Assembly (NCBI GenBank): GCA_019828565.1
Contig: JAHDYR010000016.1
Coordinates: 186,001-250,000 of the forward strand
Origin: Carpediemonas membranifera BICM
Lineage: Eukaryota; Protista; Fornicata
DNA: 64,000 bases
Reading direction: 5' to 3'
Under the pieces are notes generated by a model. That model did no database searches, had not been told where the DNA came from, and saw only the letters and a program-made list of their open reading frames with translations. A program made the translations under genes and the position numbers. Below are positions 43,343-55,800 of the stretch, piece by piece; position 1 is the stretch's first letter, and each line of letters begins with the position of its first letter.

Positions 43343-44050
43343 TCAGACCCACTGTACCAGGGGTGAGAGCACAGAGGCCGTCTCCACCAGTAACCGGGCC
43401 CCGTCCTCGGGTTGTGTGGGTGAAAGCGCCGTCAGCTCAATCAGCACAGTGCCTGGGTCCAGCAGCACCCTGTCCCTGGCGGCCATGGCCGCGGTCATGA
43501 GCACAGTGTCGTCCGGCTGAGTCGGTGAAGTTATGGACGTCGGTGGCGAAAGGACCATGTTTGGTGTGGGGGCGTCTGGTCTGAGTGTGAAGAGGTGGGT
43601 GATCAGCCGGCAGAGCACACCGCCCGGGAGTTCAAACTGGTGGCCCTGGGCATACGTTACAATCGCCAAGGGACGGTCGGTGGGGGCGTTCTCAGGAAGA
43701 GGGGTGGTCATTGCGTCGATCTTGACTGGTCTGCAGGTCACCGCTCCCAGCTTCTTCGGCTTCTTGAGGTCGTACCGGGTGCCGTGGACTGTGGTCCCTC
43801 CAAACTGGGAAAGACGGAGACGAGTGGCGAAGTTCTCAACAGACTGGCCGTATACCGCCTCATAGGCATGGAATTTGGATCGGACATGTGACATATCGTG
43901 GAGTATGTTGAAAAGCTCCTGGCCCGTTGAGATCCAGGACATGCTGTCGGCGGCATCGGCAAACATCACCTCTGTGTTGATCTCATTAGTACCATGGCGC
44001 AGTATACCTCGCAAATTGCACTCATATACCACTCCTTGCGGCGCATTCAT
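43343..44050 (-). CDS. MED18: Mediator subunit 18-like
   Basis: YECNLRG, YAQGHQF and VLIELTALSP...ASVLSPLVQW follow the Med18 pattern. Confidence 0.55.
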   Translation of the reverse strand: MNAPQGVVYECNLRGILRHGTNEINTEVMFADAADSMSWISTGQELFNILHDMSHVRSKFHAYEAVYGQSVENFATRLRLSQFGGTTVHGTRYDLKKPKKLGAVTCRPVKIDAMTTPLPENAPTDRPLAIVTYAQGHQFELPGGVLCRLITHLFTLRPDAPTPNMVLSPPTSITSPTQPDDTVLMTAAMAARDRVLLDPGTVLIELTALSPTQPEDGARLLVETASVLSPLVQWV

Positions 44051-44182
44051 CGTCAATGTGGTCAAAACTGGCAAAACAAAGAATGCACCTGGCTGCGCTT
44101 AATAGAGCCCAGGCAGGTGATGTAGTTCATCCCAGGGGACCTCACCACCCACCTATCCATCCCTTAACCGCATATTTAAAAG

Positions 44183-47100
44183 TTACTCCCGGCCGAACTG
44201 CTCGTTTGTCATGTACAGGCTGGGCTGGCACACGACGCCACGCCACACGAGGCCCCTCGCCTCCTCGAACTTCGCCTTAAGGTCGTCCATGCCCCCGATC
44301 TTGGAGCACCCTTTGACCATCTGCTGTAGCAGGATCGCCAGCCGCCGGAGGACCCTGACGAGCCCGCCGGGGAACGCCTCAGGGTCCACGAGCATCGTCT
44401 TGGCAAGCGTGCTGCCGTTGGCCCAGGCGTGTATGAGGGGCACGACCCCCAGTCGGACGGCCTCCTGCCTGTACTCCTCGCCAGTGGTCTCGACCCCCAC
44501 TCGGGCCATGGTGTCTCCGATGTCCTTAGCCCGCTCCCTGGCAGTCTCGATGGCTGCTGCGAGTGCATCAGAGGGCAGCTTAGGCTCCTCCTCAGCCTTG
44601 GTCTCGTCAATGAGAGCCCCCAGCAGACCACAGACGTCGACCGGGGACAGTGTTGTGAACACAGAGGTCGTCACCAGAAGCTCGGTCACGAGCAGCTCGT
44701 TGGCAGTGTTCACCTCTGCTGCAAACGTCCCCAGCTTGCTCAAGACTCCGTCCGAGTCGATGTAGCCCCGTTCGGTCAGAACTTGGGTCATTCTCTCCAT
44801 CTCCCCGGTCAGAACGGTCTCGTCGCTGAGGGCATGGAGCTCGGCGCCCAGTGCGGCCAGTTCGGCCTGGATGAGGTCTCTGCTCCACACCCGAGCGAAG
44901 ACTCGGTCGAAGTCGGGCTGAGACGCTGTTGTTGTGCGGATTTCAGCAAGTCTAGATACAGTGCTGACGAAGTCGGCCTTGGCTCGGGTGTACTCGTCAG
45001 ACAGGTCCTTGTCGAGGAAGCTGTGTAGCGAGGCCGCCATCTTACCGACCAGCAGACAGCCGTCATCGTCACCAGGCAAGGGGTCGCCCCCAGCTCCGCG
45101 CTCAGCGTCGAGCCTGCTCTCCACCAGCTCCGCATACCGCAGCCGGTCGTAGTCTGGTGCCGAGCTGTCCGCGCTTACTACACCGCTGACGTGCCCGCCG
45201 AGCACGCTGATGGCCGCCACCCCCACGGACACCACCGTGCATGTCCCAGGGGCCCCGGGCACCGCCGGGCCGACCCCCTCCTCGTCAGTCCGCACGAGGA
45301 CCTGCACGGTTCGGCCCGTGGTGCGGTCGGTCGGCTCGCCGAGGACTAGGCCCCAGCCGTAGCAGGCATCGCCCTCATCGATGAACACCAGACGCTTGGT
45401 CAGGAACGTCTGAGGTGTGGCTGCGGCAGGGGCCTTCTGTGCCCTCCGTCGGGACCGGGCAGTCCCTCTGCCCGCCGCCTTGTCCAGCTGGGCCGCGATA
45501 AATGCCTGAGTCGCACGCCTAAACACGCCGTGTCTGAGGACTGTCAGCTGCCGCAGCAACCGGGTGTACTCGCCCACCTCTGCCACGACAGCGTCACCCT
45601 CGCCTTCGAGCCCGGTCGACCCCAGCTCGAGTAGCTTGGCGTTGATACTGTCGATAAGCGGCGGGACGCGGCACTGCTGCTGGTACTGCAGGAATGACTT
45701 TCCGAGCATCTCAGCGGCCTCCTCGCCGTCACCCTGCCGCAGCATCTTGAGGAGCATGTTGTAGCTGAGATGGAAGGCTGAGTGCAGGTCCTCCGCCCCC
45801 CGCTCCACCATGATACGGAACTCCTGCCGGTCCAGCCTGTCTGACGCCATGATGATGACGTTGCCCGTCTTATCGGCGTTCCGTCGACCGGCCCTGCCCG
45901 CCATCTGGGTGTACTCGCCGCTCGAGAGGATGCGACGCCCCTCGCCGTCCCACTTCGTCACAGAGGAGAAGATCACCGTCCTCGCCGGCATGTTCAGTCC
46001 CATAGCGAACGTCTCGGTGGCAAAGAGCACCTTAAGGAGACCCAACCCGAAGAGCATCTCCGTGATCTCCTTCATCGTGGGGAGCAGCCCGCTGTGATGC
46101 ACGCCAAGACCCATTCTGAGCAGCGGGAGGGCGGCGTCCATGGCCGACCGGTCCTCCTCGTTGATTGTATCGCGTGCTTTGTTAAACAGGAAGTTGATAC
46201 GCGTGACATCATCCGGAGTAGTCCATGACCGTCCGTTCGATGACATCGCCTTCATCATGTCATCAGCGTAGCCCTGGATCTCCCGTTTGCCGAATCCGAA
46301 GACGATGACAGGGCCGAAAGTAGTCGGACCGCCATCGCCTATGAGGGTCACCAGCAGCGTCTTGAGCTGCTCTATCGTCCCGTTCCTACCCTGCGGCGTC
46401 TGCGCGAGGTCTGTCATCGCGCTGTTGAAAGAAGCAGCGTTCATGGCTGCGTCACCCTCCTTGATGAGGCGTAGGAAGCCATTAGACGTGGCAGTCTTGG
46501 GCTTAGGGATGAATACGCTGAGCGGTGTGGGTCTGTACTCCGTGTATATCACGTGACACGGCTCATTACGGAGCTGGGCGATCCAACCCGCGAACTGGGG
46601 GGCGTTGGGAATGGTGGCCGAGAGGAAGACGCACTTGACCCCCGGCCTGAGCTTGATCATGGTCTCCTCCCACACCACACCACGCTCAGAGTCTCTCATG
46701 TAGTGTACCTCATCGAAAATGACCCACTTCATCTCCCGCATGAGCTCGGAGCCCGAGTACAGCTGCTCGCGGAGAATCTCGGTTGTCATCACGAGGATCG
46801 GCGCGTGGGGTGCGATGGTGGTGTCGCCGGTCATCAGGCCGACCTCGACGAACCGGTCGGGGTCCTCGGGGGTGGGGAACATGCCGCTCAGGTCGTGGAA
46901 CTTCTGGTTCGACAGCGCCTTGATGGGGGAGGTGTATACGATCTTCTGCCCCTTGGCAAGGGCATGGGCGATCGCGTACTCGGCTACAACGGTCTTGCCC
47001 GCGCTAGTGTGGGCAGAGACGAGCACAGACTCCTCCCGGTCAACCGCACTCACCGCCTGGACCTGGAAGGGGTCCAGCTCGAATGGGTATGTCTGAGCCA

Positions 47101-47425
47101 TGGTCTCCGGCCTCGGCAGTGTGAATACGGCGTCGTCGGCTTCAAGCTGCTCGACGATCGGCCGCATGGACGAGGGAAACGCCACCTGATGCTTGCACAC
47201 CTTGGTCTTGTCGCAAATTTCCTTGCCTTTGGAATTAACGTACTTCCCTTGCAGAACATCGCGTATGATCGGCATACTCATGCAGAGTGACGCTACGGTG
47301 GCTTGCAGATCCTCTGGAGAGTTGATAGCAGTCGATGCGACATTATCGCGCTTCTCTTCAACGCTAGGCAGCGGCGCTTTGCGCACCACAGGGCCTAGAA
47401 CGTCTAAAAGGTCGAAGTCGTCCAT
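44183..47425 (-). CDS. MTR4: Ski2-like DExH RNA helicase MTR4
   Basis: YPFELDPFQ, SAHTSAGKT, DEVHYMRD.ERGVVWEE, ATETFAMGLNMPARTV, QMAGRAGRR, DSHCT-like tail. Confidence 0.9.
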   Translation of the reverse strand: MDDFDLLDVLGPVVRKAPLPSVEEKRDNVASTAINSPEDLQATVASLCMSMPIIRDVLQGKYVNSKGKEICDKTKVCKHQVAFPSSMRPIVEQLEADDAVFTLPRPETMAQTYPFELDPFQVQAVSAVDREESVLVSAHTSAGKTVVAEYAIAHALAKGQKIVYTSPIKALSNQKFHDLSGMFPTPEDPDRFVEVGLMTGDTTIAPHAPILVMTTEILREQLYSGSELMREMKWVIFDEVHYMRDSERGVVWEETMIKLRPGVKCVFLSATIPNAPQFAGWIAQLRNEPCHVIYTEYRPTPLSVFIPKPKTATSNGFLRLIKEGDAAMNAASFNSAMTDLAQTPQGRNGTIEQLKTLLVTLIGDGGPTTFGPVIVFGFGKREIQGYADDMMKAMSSNGRSWTTPDDVTRINFLFNKARDTINEEDRSAMDAALPLLRMGLGVHHSGLLPTMKEITEMLFGLGLLKVLFATETFAMGLNMPARTVIFSSVTKWDGEGRRILSSGEYTQMAGRAGRRNADKTGNVIIMASDRLDRQEFRIMVERGAEDLHSAFHLSYNMLLKMLRQGDGEEAAEMLGKSFLQYQQQCRVPPLIDSINAKLLELGSTGLEGEGDAVVAEVGEYTRLLRQLTVLRHGVFRRATQAFIAAQLDKAAGRGTARSRRRAQKAPAAATPQTFLTKRLVFIDEGDACYGWGLVLGEPTDRTTGRTVQVLVRTDEEGVGPAVPGAPGTCTVVSVGVAAISVLGGHVSGVVSADSSAPDYDRLRYAELVESRLDAERGAGGDPLPGDDDGCLLVGKMAASLHSFLDKDLSDEYTRAKADFVSTVSRLAEIRTTTASQPDFDRVFARVWSRDLIQAELAALGAELHALSDETVLTGEMERMTQVLTERGYIDSDGVLSKLGTFAAEVNTANELLVTELLVTTSVFTTLSPVDVCGLLGALIDETKAEEEPKLPSDALAAAIETARERAKDIGDTMARVGVETTGEEYRQEAVRLGVVPLIHAWANGSTLAKTMLVDPEAFPGGLVRVLRRLAILLQQMVKGCSKIGGMDDLKAKFEEARGLVWRGVVCQPSLYMTNEQFGRE

Positions 47426-47554
47426 CGAAACGGCGTATCCTGCACCAGACTAAACTCGGCGTCGGATGGCCACAGGGCTCCAGGCAGAGCATACACACAC
47501 CCAGATAATGCCATCCAAGCCCTGTCTTTATTCCATTAAAAGGTTGCTCCCCAG

Positions 47555-48535
47555 TCACTCGAACTCACCCTCCACATTTGTCCAATATCCACTGTGAATT
47601 GGGTCCATCTTTGCCAAAGTCTGACAGAGCCCCTTGCCCTCCGCCTTGTCTTCCGGCCCGAGCTCCGTCCTGTCCTGCAGCAACCCGACTCTCAGGGCCA
47701 GAGCGGGGACAGCGGTGAGCCCCTCCCCGTCGACGGCCCCGTACTCGGCCAGCAGACCTACTGTGGCCGGGTGGGACTGGAGGGTTTGGTCGATGTCTAT
47801 GAGGCCCCTGATGAAAGTCCACGGGCACTCGTTGTTGGGCGCCGTCCTGGCCATGGTGGCTGCGTACTCGAGGGCGTCGACCAGGTCATCGCGGGCTGTC
47901 CCCGTGTGTTTGGTGGCCTCCATCATAAATGACCAAGCGCTGTTGTTTCGCACATCCATGGCAATGAGGTCCGAGGCCACAGCGCTTAGTCTGGACCACA
48001 TCTGCTGGGTGGAGACAATGTGGTGCAGGTAGGACCAGGCGTGGTAGTTCTTGGCGTCCACCGTGAGCACGGTGTCGATAATGAAGTCCAGTTCCGCATC
48101 AATGAAGGATGCGGGGTCCTCCATCGACACGTGGGCGACGACCTTGTCGAAGACACGCTCGCGGTGGTTCCATGTTTGATATATCTTTGGGATCTTGCGT
48201 AGGAGCGCGTTGAGCAGATCGGTCTCGGCTCCGAGCGTTGCTTCGAATGAGGCTGTTTCGTCAAGCAATGGGAATATGCAGCGCCGCCGAACGGCCCATG
48301 CCGAGTAATGAGCAGGATTCTTCATGATAATAGCGGTTGAGAGGTCAAGGACGCGCTTACTGGCCTCATCTGTGTCGACTATGGCCGCAAACAGCTCCAC
48401 CATCTCTTTGTACTCTGCTGGATGGCGGATGTTGCATACAGAGGGAACTATCTCTATTTCAACGGGAGTTACGTCGCTCCAATCGTGCTCCTTCCAGGCT
48501 GCTGACGCCATGTCTTTGTCTAGGAAGAAATACAT
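47555..48535 (-). CDS. FNTA: Protein farnesyl/geranylgeranyltransferase alpha subunit
   Basis: PPTA repeats NPAHYSAW, PKIYQTWNHR, DAKNYHAWSY, DVRNNSAW, PNNECPW. Confidence 0.88.
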   Translation of the reverse strand: MYFFLDKDMASAAWKEHDWSDVTPVEIEIVPSVCNIRHPAEYKEMVELFAAIVDTDEASKRVLDLSTAIIMKNPAHYSAWAVRRRCIFPLLDETASFEATLGAETDLLNALLRKIPKIYQTWNHRERVFDKVVAHVSMEDPASFIDAELDFIIDTVLTVDAKNYHAWSYLHHIVSTQQMWSRLSAVASDLIAMDVRNNSAWSFMMEATKHTGTARDDLVDALEYAATMARTAPNNECPWTFIRGLIDIDQTLQSHPATVGLLAEYGAVDGEGLTAVPALALRVGLLQDRTELGPEDKAEGKGLCQTLAKMDPIHSGYWTNVEGEFE

Positions 48536-49657
48536 GGCTCACGTAACTCTGATAAATGGTCCCGATCTGAGTGGTAGCCAGTGAAGGCAAGGGACTAGAT
48601 TTAATCATTCTAGCAGGACTGAGGCGAGATCAATGAGGGCGATGGTCCTAAGCAAAGAAGTGAGAGGCCGAAAGAAGCAGTGATCTACGCGATGGGTATG
48701 GCAGGGTGCAAGGCGATGCAGAGCGCCTCAAAGCTACATTAGTTGCATCACTCCTCGTCCGCGTCTTCGGTGGGCATTGCATTGAATTGTGCTTTGATGT
48801 TGGTTACTGAAAAGAGTGGCCCTCGTTGTGTTATCCGCCCTGAAGTCCAGGAGGATGGTTGAATGACTGTAGAACACGACTAGTTCTGGATTGCAGCTGA
48901 TCGCTAGCCCGGGAGGACATCATCGCCGGCCGCTTCACCAAAAGTGTCCCATACTTGCATATGAAACGGCAGTTGCTGCCTCTACGTCCGAGGAACTTCC
49001 CCATGGCCGAAACCACGACTTCAACCCTTTCTGCAGAAAAAGCTGCATGAAAAAAAAAAAGAACCAATCATCGGTCACGAGCTCAACAGGCCAAAACAGA
49101 AACACAAGAGGATGTTTAAAAGCGATCATCTGCTCTTCTTCGGCTTCTGGGAGGATGAAGCCCTCAAGCTACGCTCAACCTAAAACTGCTCGAGGCCATT
49201 GAGCCGCTTTGGGCCGCCGTCCCGCCTGAGATCCAGGGTGATTTTCGACTGGGTCGTGACGTGAGAGCGGCCACGCCGGGACCACGCTTTTCCGGAAGAG
49301 ACCCGGCGTCGCACCTATGACTGCATGTTCGGCGGATACACGGAGCATAGATGATTCTCATGGACACTTTCGAGACCCCCTCAGCAGAGCAGTAACAGAC
49401 TAGTCGAGTAGCAGCTGTTTGCCAGAGTCCATAGTGTGCGGGCAGGGTGTGAAACCCCTGCCAGACCCGTATCGATCAAATAGAGGTCGCATGCCGGCCA
49501 TCATTGGTTCATGTTACACGGCAGAGAGATGTTGCAGATTTTCTCAGTCAGACATTCAAGTCACACGGGTTTCCGACAGCAATCAATGACAAGTCCGACC
49601 GATCCATGAGCCATCACCAAGCACTATGACCCGTTTATATACACAACCCCGAGGCCC

Positions 49658-52600
49658 TCACTCATGGCGATCACACATGCCGTACCTCGTGTCATCACCG
49701 CACAGCGAGGTCGGCAGCGGCCAGCTCGAGATCCCCCAGAGTTCGGCGTACTCGGACGCAGCCCTGTCGCTGCTGAACTTGGCCACAGACGCGGTGAGGC
49801 GGATGGCCTCGGAGGCCCACTTGACCTGGTCCCTGTAGAGCGAGTCAACCCGCTGCTGGCCGCGGAGGTAGTCCTCGAAGTCGCGGTAGATGAGGTAGTA
49901 GTCGTTGCGGCGGGAGAGCTCGGCAACGATCGGCTCGAACTGGCCCTCGTCCTTAAATATTCCTGTTGAGATCTGCCTGACAACGCTGTCGAGCTCCAGG
50001 CAAGGCGGCTCCTGCTCGCCCTGGGCATAGCCGGCGCGGATCTCCTCGACCTCGGCCTCGGTGGAGATGCCGAAGGTGACGACGCCATGGCCGTTGCTCT
50101 CCTCATTGATCTCGATGGTGGCGCCGTCGAGTGTGCCGAGAATCAGGGCCGAGTTGAGCACAAACTTCATGTTAGACGTACCACTGTGTAAAACTGCGCG
50201 ACTGTACTTACGAGGCCTCTGTGCCCGTTGTCGAGATGTGCTGCGACACGTCCGTCGCTGGGATGATGACCTCCGCGAGACTGACGTTGTAGTCCGGTAA
50301 GAACACCACCGTGAGCCAGCGCCGCGTCTCCGGATCCTCGTTGACGATGTCCGCGACGACGTTAATGAGGTTGATGATGAGCTTGGCCCTGGCGTATGCG
50401 GCTGCGGACTTGCCGCCGAATATGGTGCAGCGGGGGACCGTGTTCTCGCGCTGCTCGGGAGACATGCGCTTGAGGACAAGGTAGCGGTAGATGACGCTCA
50501 GGACGTTGAGCAGCTGGCGCTTGTACTCATGGATTCGCTTGACGTGGACGTCGAAGAGGGCCTGCGGACTGACGGCGACGCCCGTCAGCCGCTGGATGTG
50601 GGCCACCAGTCGCTCCTTATTGAGCCGCTTGACGGCCATCCACTCCTGCTGGAAGCCCCGTTCATCGGCGAACTCCTCGAGCTGGCGGAGGACGGAGAGG
50701 TCCTTGACCCAGGCGTCTGTGCCGAGCTTCCTCGTGATGAGGGCCGAGAGCTGCGGGTTGGCGACCTTGAGCCAGCGGCGGGAGGTGATTCCGTTGGTCT
50801 TGTTGCAGAACTTCTCAGGGTAGAGCTCGTGGAACTGCTTGAACGTGCGGGACTTCAGGATGCTTGTGTGGAGCTCGGCCACGCCGTTCACCGCACCGGA
50901 CATGACGATGGCGAGGTTGGCCATGCGAACGTGCTTCTCGGGGTGCTCGCCGATGATCGAGACGGCCCTGAGGAAGTCCTCGTCGTGGTCGGCCCGGATC
51001 GACTCGAGGAACTCCCAGTTGATGTCGTAGATCAGCTGCATGTGTCTGGGGAGCAGGGCGGCCATGAGGGAGACGGGCCACCGCTCCAGGGCCTCGGGCA
51101 GCACAGTGTGGTTCGTGAAGAAGAACACACGGCGGCTGATGGAGAGCGCCGCTTCGAATGGCATACCGTGCTCGTCCACGAGGAGGCGGATGAGCTCTAC
51201 CACAGAGATGGTCGGGTGAGTGTCGTTGAGCTGGATCGCGACAAAGTCGGGCAGCTCCTCGAAAGCATGGCCCTCCATCACGAAGCGGGCAAGAATGTCC
51301 TGGAGCGAGGCGCTGGAGAAGAAGTACTGCTGCTTCAGCCTCAGCTCGAGCCCGGCCTGCGTGCTGTCATCAGGGTACAGCACGGACGTGATCGCCTCAG
51401 CCTCCTGCCGCCACCGCAGCGCTGAAGAGTAGTCGCCCTTGTTGAAGCTGACGAGGTCGAACTCCTCGGACGGCTGGCTCGACCAAAGCCGCAGGTTAAG
51501 GCACGTCGTGGTGTCGTATCCGGGGACGGGCGTGTCATACGCCTTGGCGCAGACGGTCTGGCCCGCGTGCCACTTGAACTTGGGATGGTCGCCCTCAGTG
51601 GCCTCGACGACGCCGTAGAAGCCCACTGTGTACATCACGTCGTTCCTCTCGATCTCCCACGGCGTCCCCTCAGCCAGCCAGAAGTCGGGAAGCTCCCGCT
51701 GCCGCTTGTTGATGATCTCCTGCCGGAACATACCGTACTTGTATCTAATCCCGTAGCCCCAGACGGGGTAGTTGAGAGTCGCCATCGAGTCGAGATAACA
51801 GGCCGCCAGACGACCCAGCCCGCCGTTGCCGAGGCCCGCGTCATGCTCAAGCTGCACGATCTCCTCCATGCGAGTGCCCAGCTCGGCCAACACGCCGCGG
51901 AACTCTGACTCGAGCCGCATGTTGGTGACTGCGTTGCTAAAGCTGCGGCCGATGAGGAACTCGATGCTCATGTAGTATGCCCGCTTGGCCGACATCGCCG
52001 TGAAGTACACGTTTGAGTCGTTGAGGTACTCGATGAGCCGGTCTCTTATGGCGAGGGAGGCAGCCCGGAACATGTTGTTGGGCGAGCCACAGTATCGGCT
52101 GCATGCGATGGTGTGTTCGAGGTGGTGGATAATCTGCTGGCGGATAGTCTCCTTGTTGCGGGCAGTGTACTTGGGCAGCATCTGCCAGAGGGCGTCGTCA
52201 GGGTTTGCCTCGACACTGAGCTCGGCTGACAGACGCGTCCGCACCTTATACTCCTCGATCGTGGAGGCGTAAAGCGACCGGACTTGGCTCAAAGGCATGA
52301 GAGTTGCTGCCTCGAGGAAGCTCTGGAGCGCGTGGGCCGGGAGTAATCTGAACTTGCTGGCCTCGGGCTCGGAGTCCAGCGTGGCAGCCCGCATGGGCTC
52401 GAGCGAGTGCCGACGCTGACGACGGAGCGGTGCAGGCTTGGACATGGTCATCGGCATGGTCAGCGGGGAGGCGCGGCGCTGCCGGCTGATGCGGATGGAC
52501 TCAAGCTCGTGGTAGAGCTTCAGGTTGGGGCGGGCTTCCACTGGTCGCTCGTAAACGTGACTAAGGAAGTCGCGTTCGATTATTTCTGTCTCATGATACT

Positions 52601-52712
52601 CTTCAGATTCGCCAGCAATGCCTGCAGCAGAATCTGTGGGCTGCTTCTCGTGTTCCGACTGTTTGTGGCCTGTTTGGGCAGAACTTGGCCTTCCTTCGGA
52701 TGCTTCCTCCAT
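49658..52712 (-). CDS. Glycogen phosphorylase; 2 exons (intron 50184-50211)
   Basis: GLGNGGLGRLAAC, IQLNDTHP, KRIHEYKRQ. A 28-nt intron restores the PLP motif EASGTSNMKF. Confidence 0.96.
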
Positions 52713-52841
52713 ATTTGTCTATTTCAATGCTTGCCAGTTAGCACGAAATCTGCTGTAGCATTGTACTGTCGTTCTACGGTGTCGTCCAAAACTAAACTGC
52801 ACCAAAGAAGAGCACCCAAAATGACGCCCACAAGCCCTTTA

Positions 52842-55800
52842 TCACGCCAACAGCTCCCTCAGCTTCCGTTCGTACTCCTCGTCGATCGGGTCGTCATCCA
52901 GCAGCGTGCTTCCCAGTCCCACAGGGTCCCTGAGCTTTGTCTGGCCAGACCCGAGCGGGGTCCGGAAGACGTTGAGCGGCTGCGACTCAAACACACCGAA
53001 CTCTGTGATGACATGCCGCTTGCGGGGGCTGATTTTCTCCACGGGTGCAACTCCGTGAGACTTGAATGGGTCGACCTGCGCGTCCCTCATATACCGGGCA
53101 GAGGCGGCGTAGTCTACGGCCACGGTGTCCGGGTCAATCTCAACTGCTCCGGACTCGGGCCCGGGTGTCGCGAGGACTGCGGAGGCCGGCCGGACCTGGG
53201 CCTCGGGCTGGGCGGGCTCGGGCTCGGGAACATCGGGGATCTCTCCAAGATCGTAGCCTACCAAGCGGGCCACAGCCTGTCCGAAATTGCCCATTGTGAG
53301 AGCTCCTATGGCGTCATTGATTTGATGCCGCAGCCGACCACGGCCGGCGCCAAATACCGTTGACAGCATGCCCGGTAGCGTCTCCTGTGCTGCCTGCAGC
53401 CGTTTTGCCAGATTTGCTCTCGCGATGGCCTCCTCGGCATATCTCCGCCGCCGCATGACAGGTTCAAGCTCCTCGAGCACGGCAGCGTACAACATGTGCG
53501 GGTCCGGCTTCGGCATCGGTGGTGGTGTCGGCGGCCTAGGCGGCTTCCACGAGCTCACGATGTCCCTGGGTGGTCCTGCGTCAGCGTCATGGAGCCGCAT
53601 GGCCGCGGACTCGGTCATGGTCCTGGACAGCCGATGGAGGGCGTCTATGCACGCTTCCAGCTCGTCATCAGGCATCGCCCAGAGCGCCTCGGCCACGTTT
53701 GTCGGGTCAGTATCGGGCTCAGTCTCGTCGGGCCACTGCCCTTCGGCCAATCGGCGCTCCCGCTCGGCCTGGAGGGTGGCGTACAGCAACTGGGCCGCCC
53801 TAGCATGAAGGGCAGCGTCTCTGGCGTCCACGTACGCATCGAGACTAGCTGCGACGGCACGGAGCTCGTCTTCGAGCGCCACCGCGGGCCCGAACACATT
53901 GATCGACGGCCCCATCGCCGCGTCCTCTACCAAGCTGAGCGCAGTGTCCCTCAGCGTCAGAGCCCACTCCCGCTCGAGATCCTCGGCCCCACCCACGCTG
54001 CAAGAGGTCAAACTGAGCATGGAGCCCAGCAGCTGGTCGGGCGTCATCTGTCTGACGTCTACTGAGAGCTTGGGCAGGGTGGGAGGCGTGTCCTCGGCGG
54101 CGGGGGCAAGCATCTGCTCGACCAGATCCATCCAGTCCTGCGTGACCTCTTCTCCAAGGTGGGCCTTGAACGCGTTGATGTGCAGGAAGTAGGCAATCAA
54201 TTGATCGGTACGGGCCTCCGTAAAGACTGCCTCGACCTCCTCCTCGGCCATGCCGTACTGGGTGAACGCTGAGGGGTCGAAGCCGGCGTCGGGGTCGGCT
54301 TGGATCTCGGCATCATCAATGATACCACTGATCGCCAACCATCTTTTCCGGTATTCCGGAGTTGCTTCCGGGGTCAGCTTCCCCGTTCTCCGGATGTCCG
54401 GCATAGACGCCCGCCTGACCTCCCTGGGTTTCACGGAAAACATGTCAATAACATCCGCACTAGTCTCAAACTCAGGCTCGGCAGTCGAGGCGCCGTGCCA
54501 CTCCTTCGCCAGGCCCCGGACGGCCAACATGTCAATGTCGCAGCACTTGTACGTGGCATATCGCCCAAACACAGTCGAGATCCACAGCGCAACGTTGTCA
54601 TACCGCTCTCGCCAGAACTCGTCGCGCAGGATAGCCGCCTCAACCTCACTGATCGCCTCATCCGGCGGGGGCGGGAGGTCGACCGGGAGATCGTGGAAGG
54701 ACTCCGGCATCTCTGAAAGCTCGGTCTTGCCGTCAGTCAGGTCAAACGCACTAGCTTGCCGTGGGATTGTCATCGCTGACGCCGTGTGCGATCTGGACCG
54801 TCGTGTGTGCTCTGACACTAGGGTTGGGTCGTCGTAGTCGGTGCTGAGGCCGCACTCTTCCGGCCCGACTGTCTCAGTGTCGTGATCGCTAGATTCTGAT
54901 ACAAATCCTGTGAGATCGTGAATAGATTTGATTGCATCTTGGGCAGACCATATCCTACTTTGTTCGGCCTCCGTGAGATCGCGCACAGACAGCACCATCT
55001 GGGACATCTCGTTGGACACGGAGTAGTCTGACGTGTACGACGAATACGACTCGGTCTCGGTCTCCTCGCTGGCCACAGACGGGGACTGCTCGGTCTCGGA
55101 AGCCTCAGACTCGACGTTCATGGTGGTTGAGATCATCAACCCGTTGCCCGATCTGGGTGATCGGGTGGTGGGTCTGTTCCCGGCAGACTCCCTCGACTCT
55201 GACCGGTGCAGTTGTCTCAGATGGGGCTTGGACGGCGCCCTGGTGAGCGTAGGGGTTGCTGGGCTGGGTAGGTCGGGCAGGTCGAATGAGAACGACGCGC
55301 TCCCGGTCGACATCTGCCTCTGGTGTGCCTTCTTGGCTGCCAGCGCGCTAGTTGGCTTAGTCGGTGACTTTCTCTGAGTCGGCGGGGGTCTTGCACTGCG
55401 GGCCTTGGCGGGCTCCTCCGGCAGACTCGGGAGCCACGGGAAGGCGGTGCCCGTCTGCTCCTGGGCGGTGGCGACGAGCCCGTTCAGCTTGCCCATGAGG
55501 TTCATGGTCCGGAAGCCGGAGAATCCCTTCCTCCCGTCCTGGTCGGCGTCCTTGAAGTCGTCCCCGAGGGACAGTGTGGCGCCGTGGGCCGCCTTGTGGG
55601 CGACAGAGTGGTCGATGGACCTACGTCTGCCCTGTGACGAACCGCTGAACCGGCGCTTCATCACTGTCGACGGCATTCCAACGAATCCAGACCGCTCTGA
55701 CCGAGCGGTGGTGGGAATCTGGCCAAATCTGGCAGTTCCAAGGGGCGACGTTGCCCCTGACGTCAACGACTCCCGCCGACTCCCCAGAGGAAGCTTTTTG

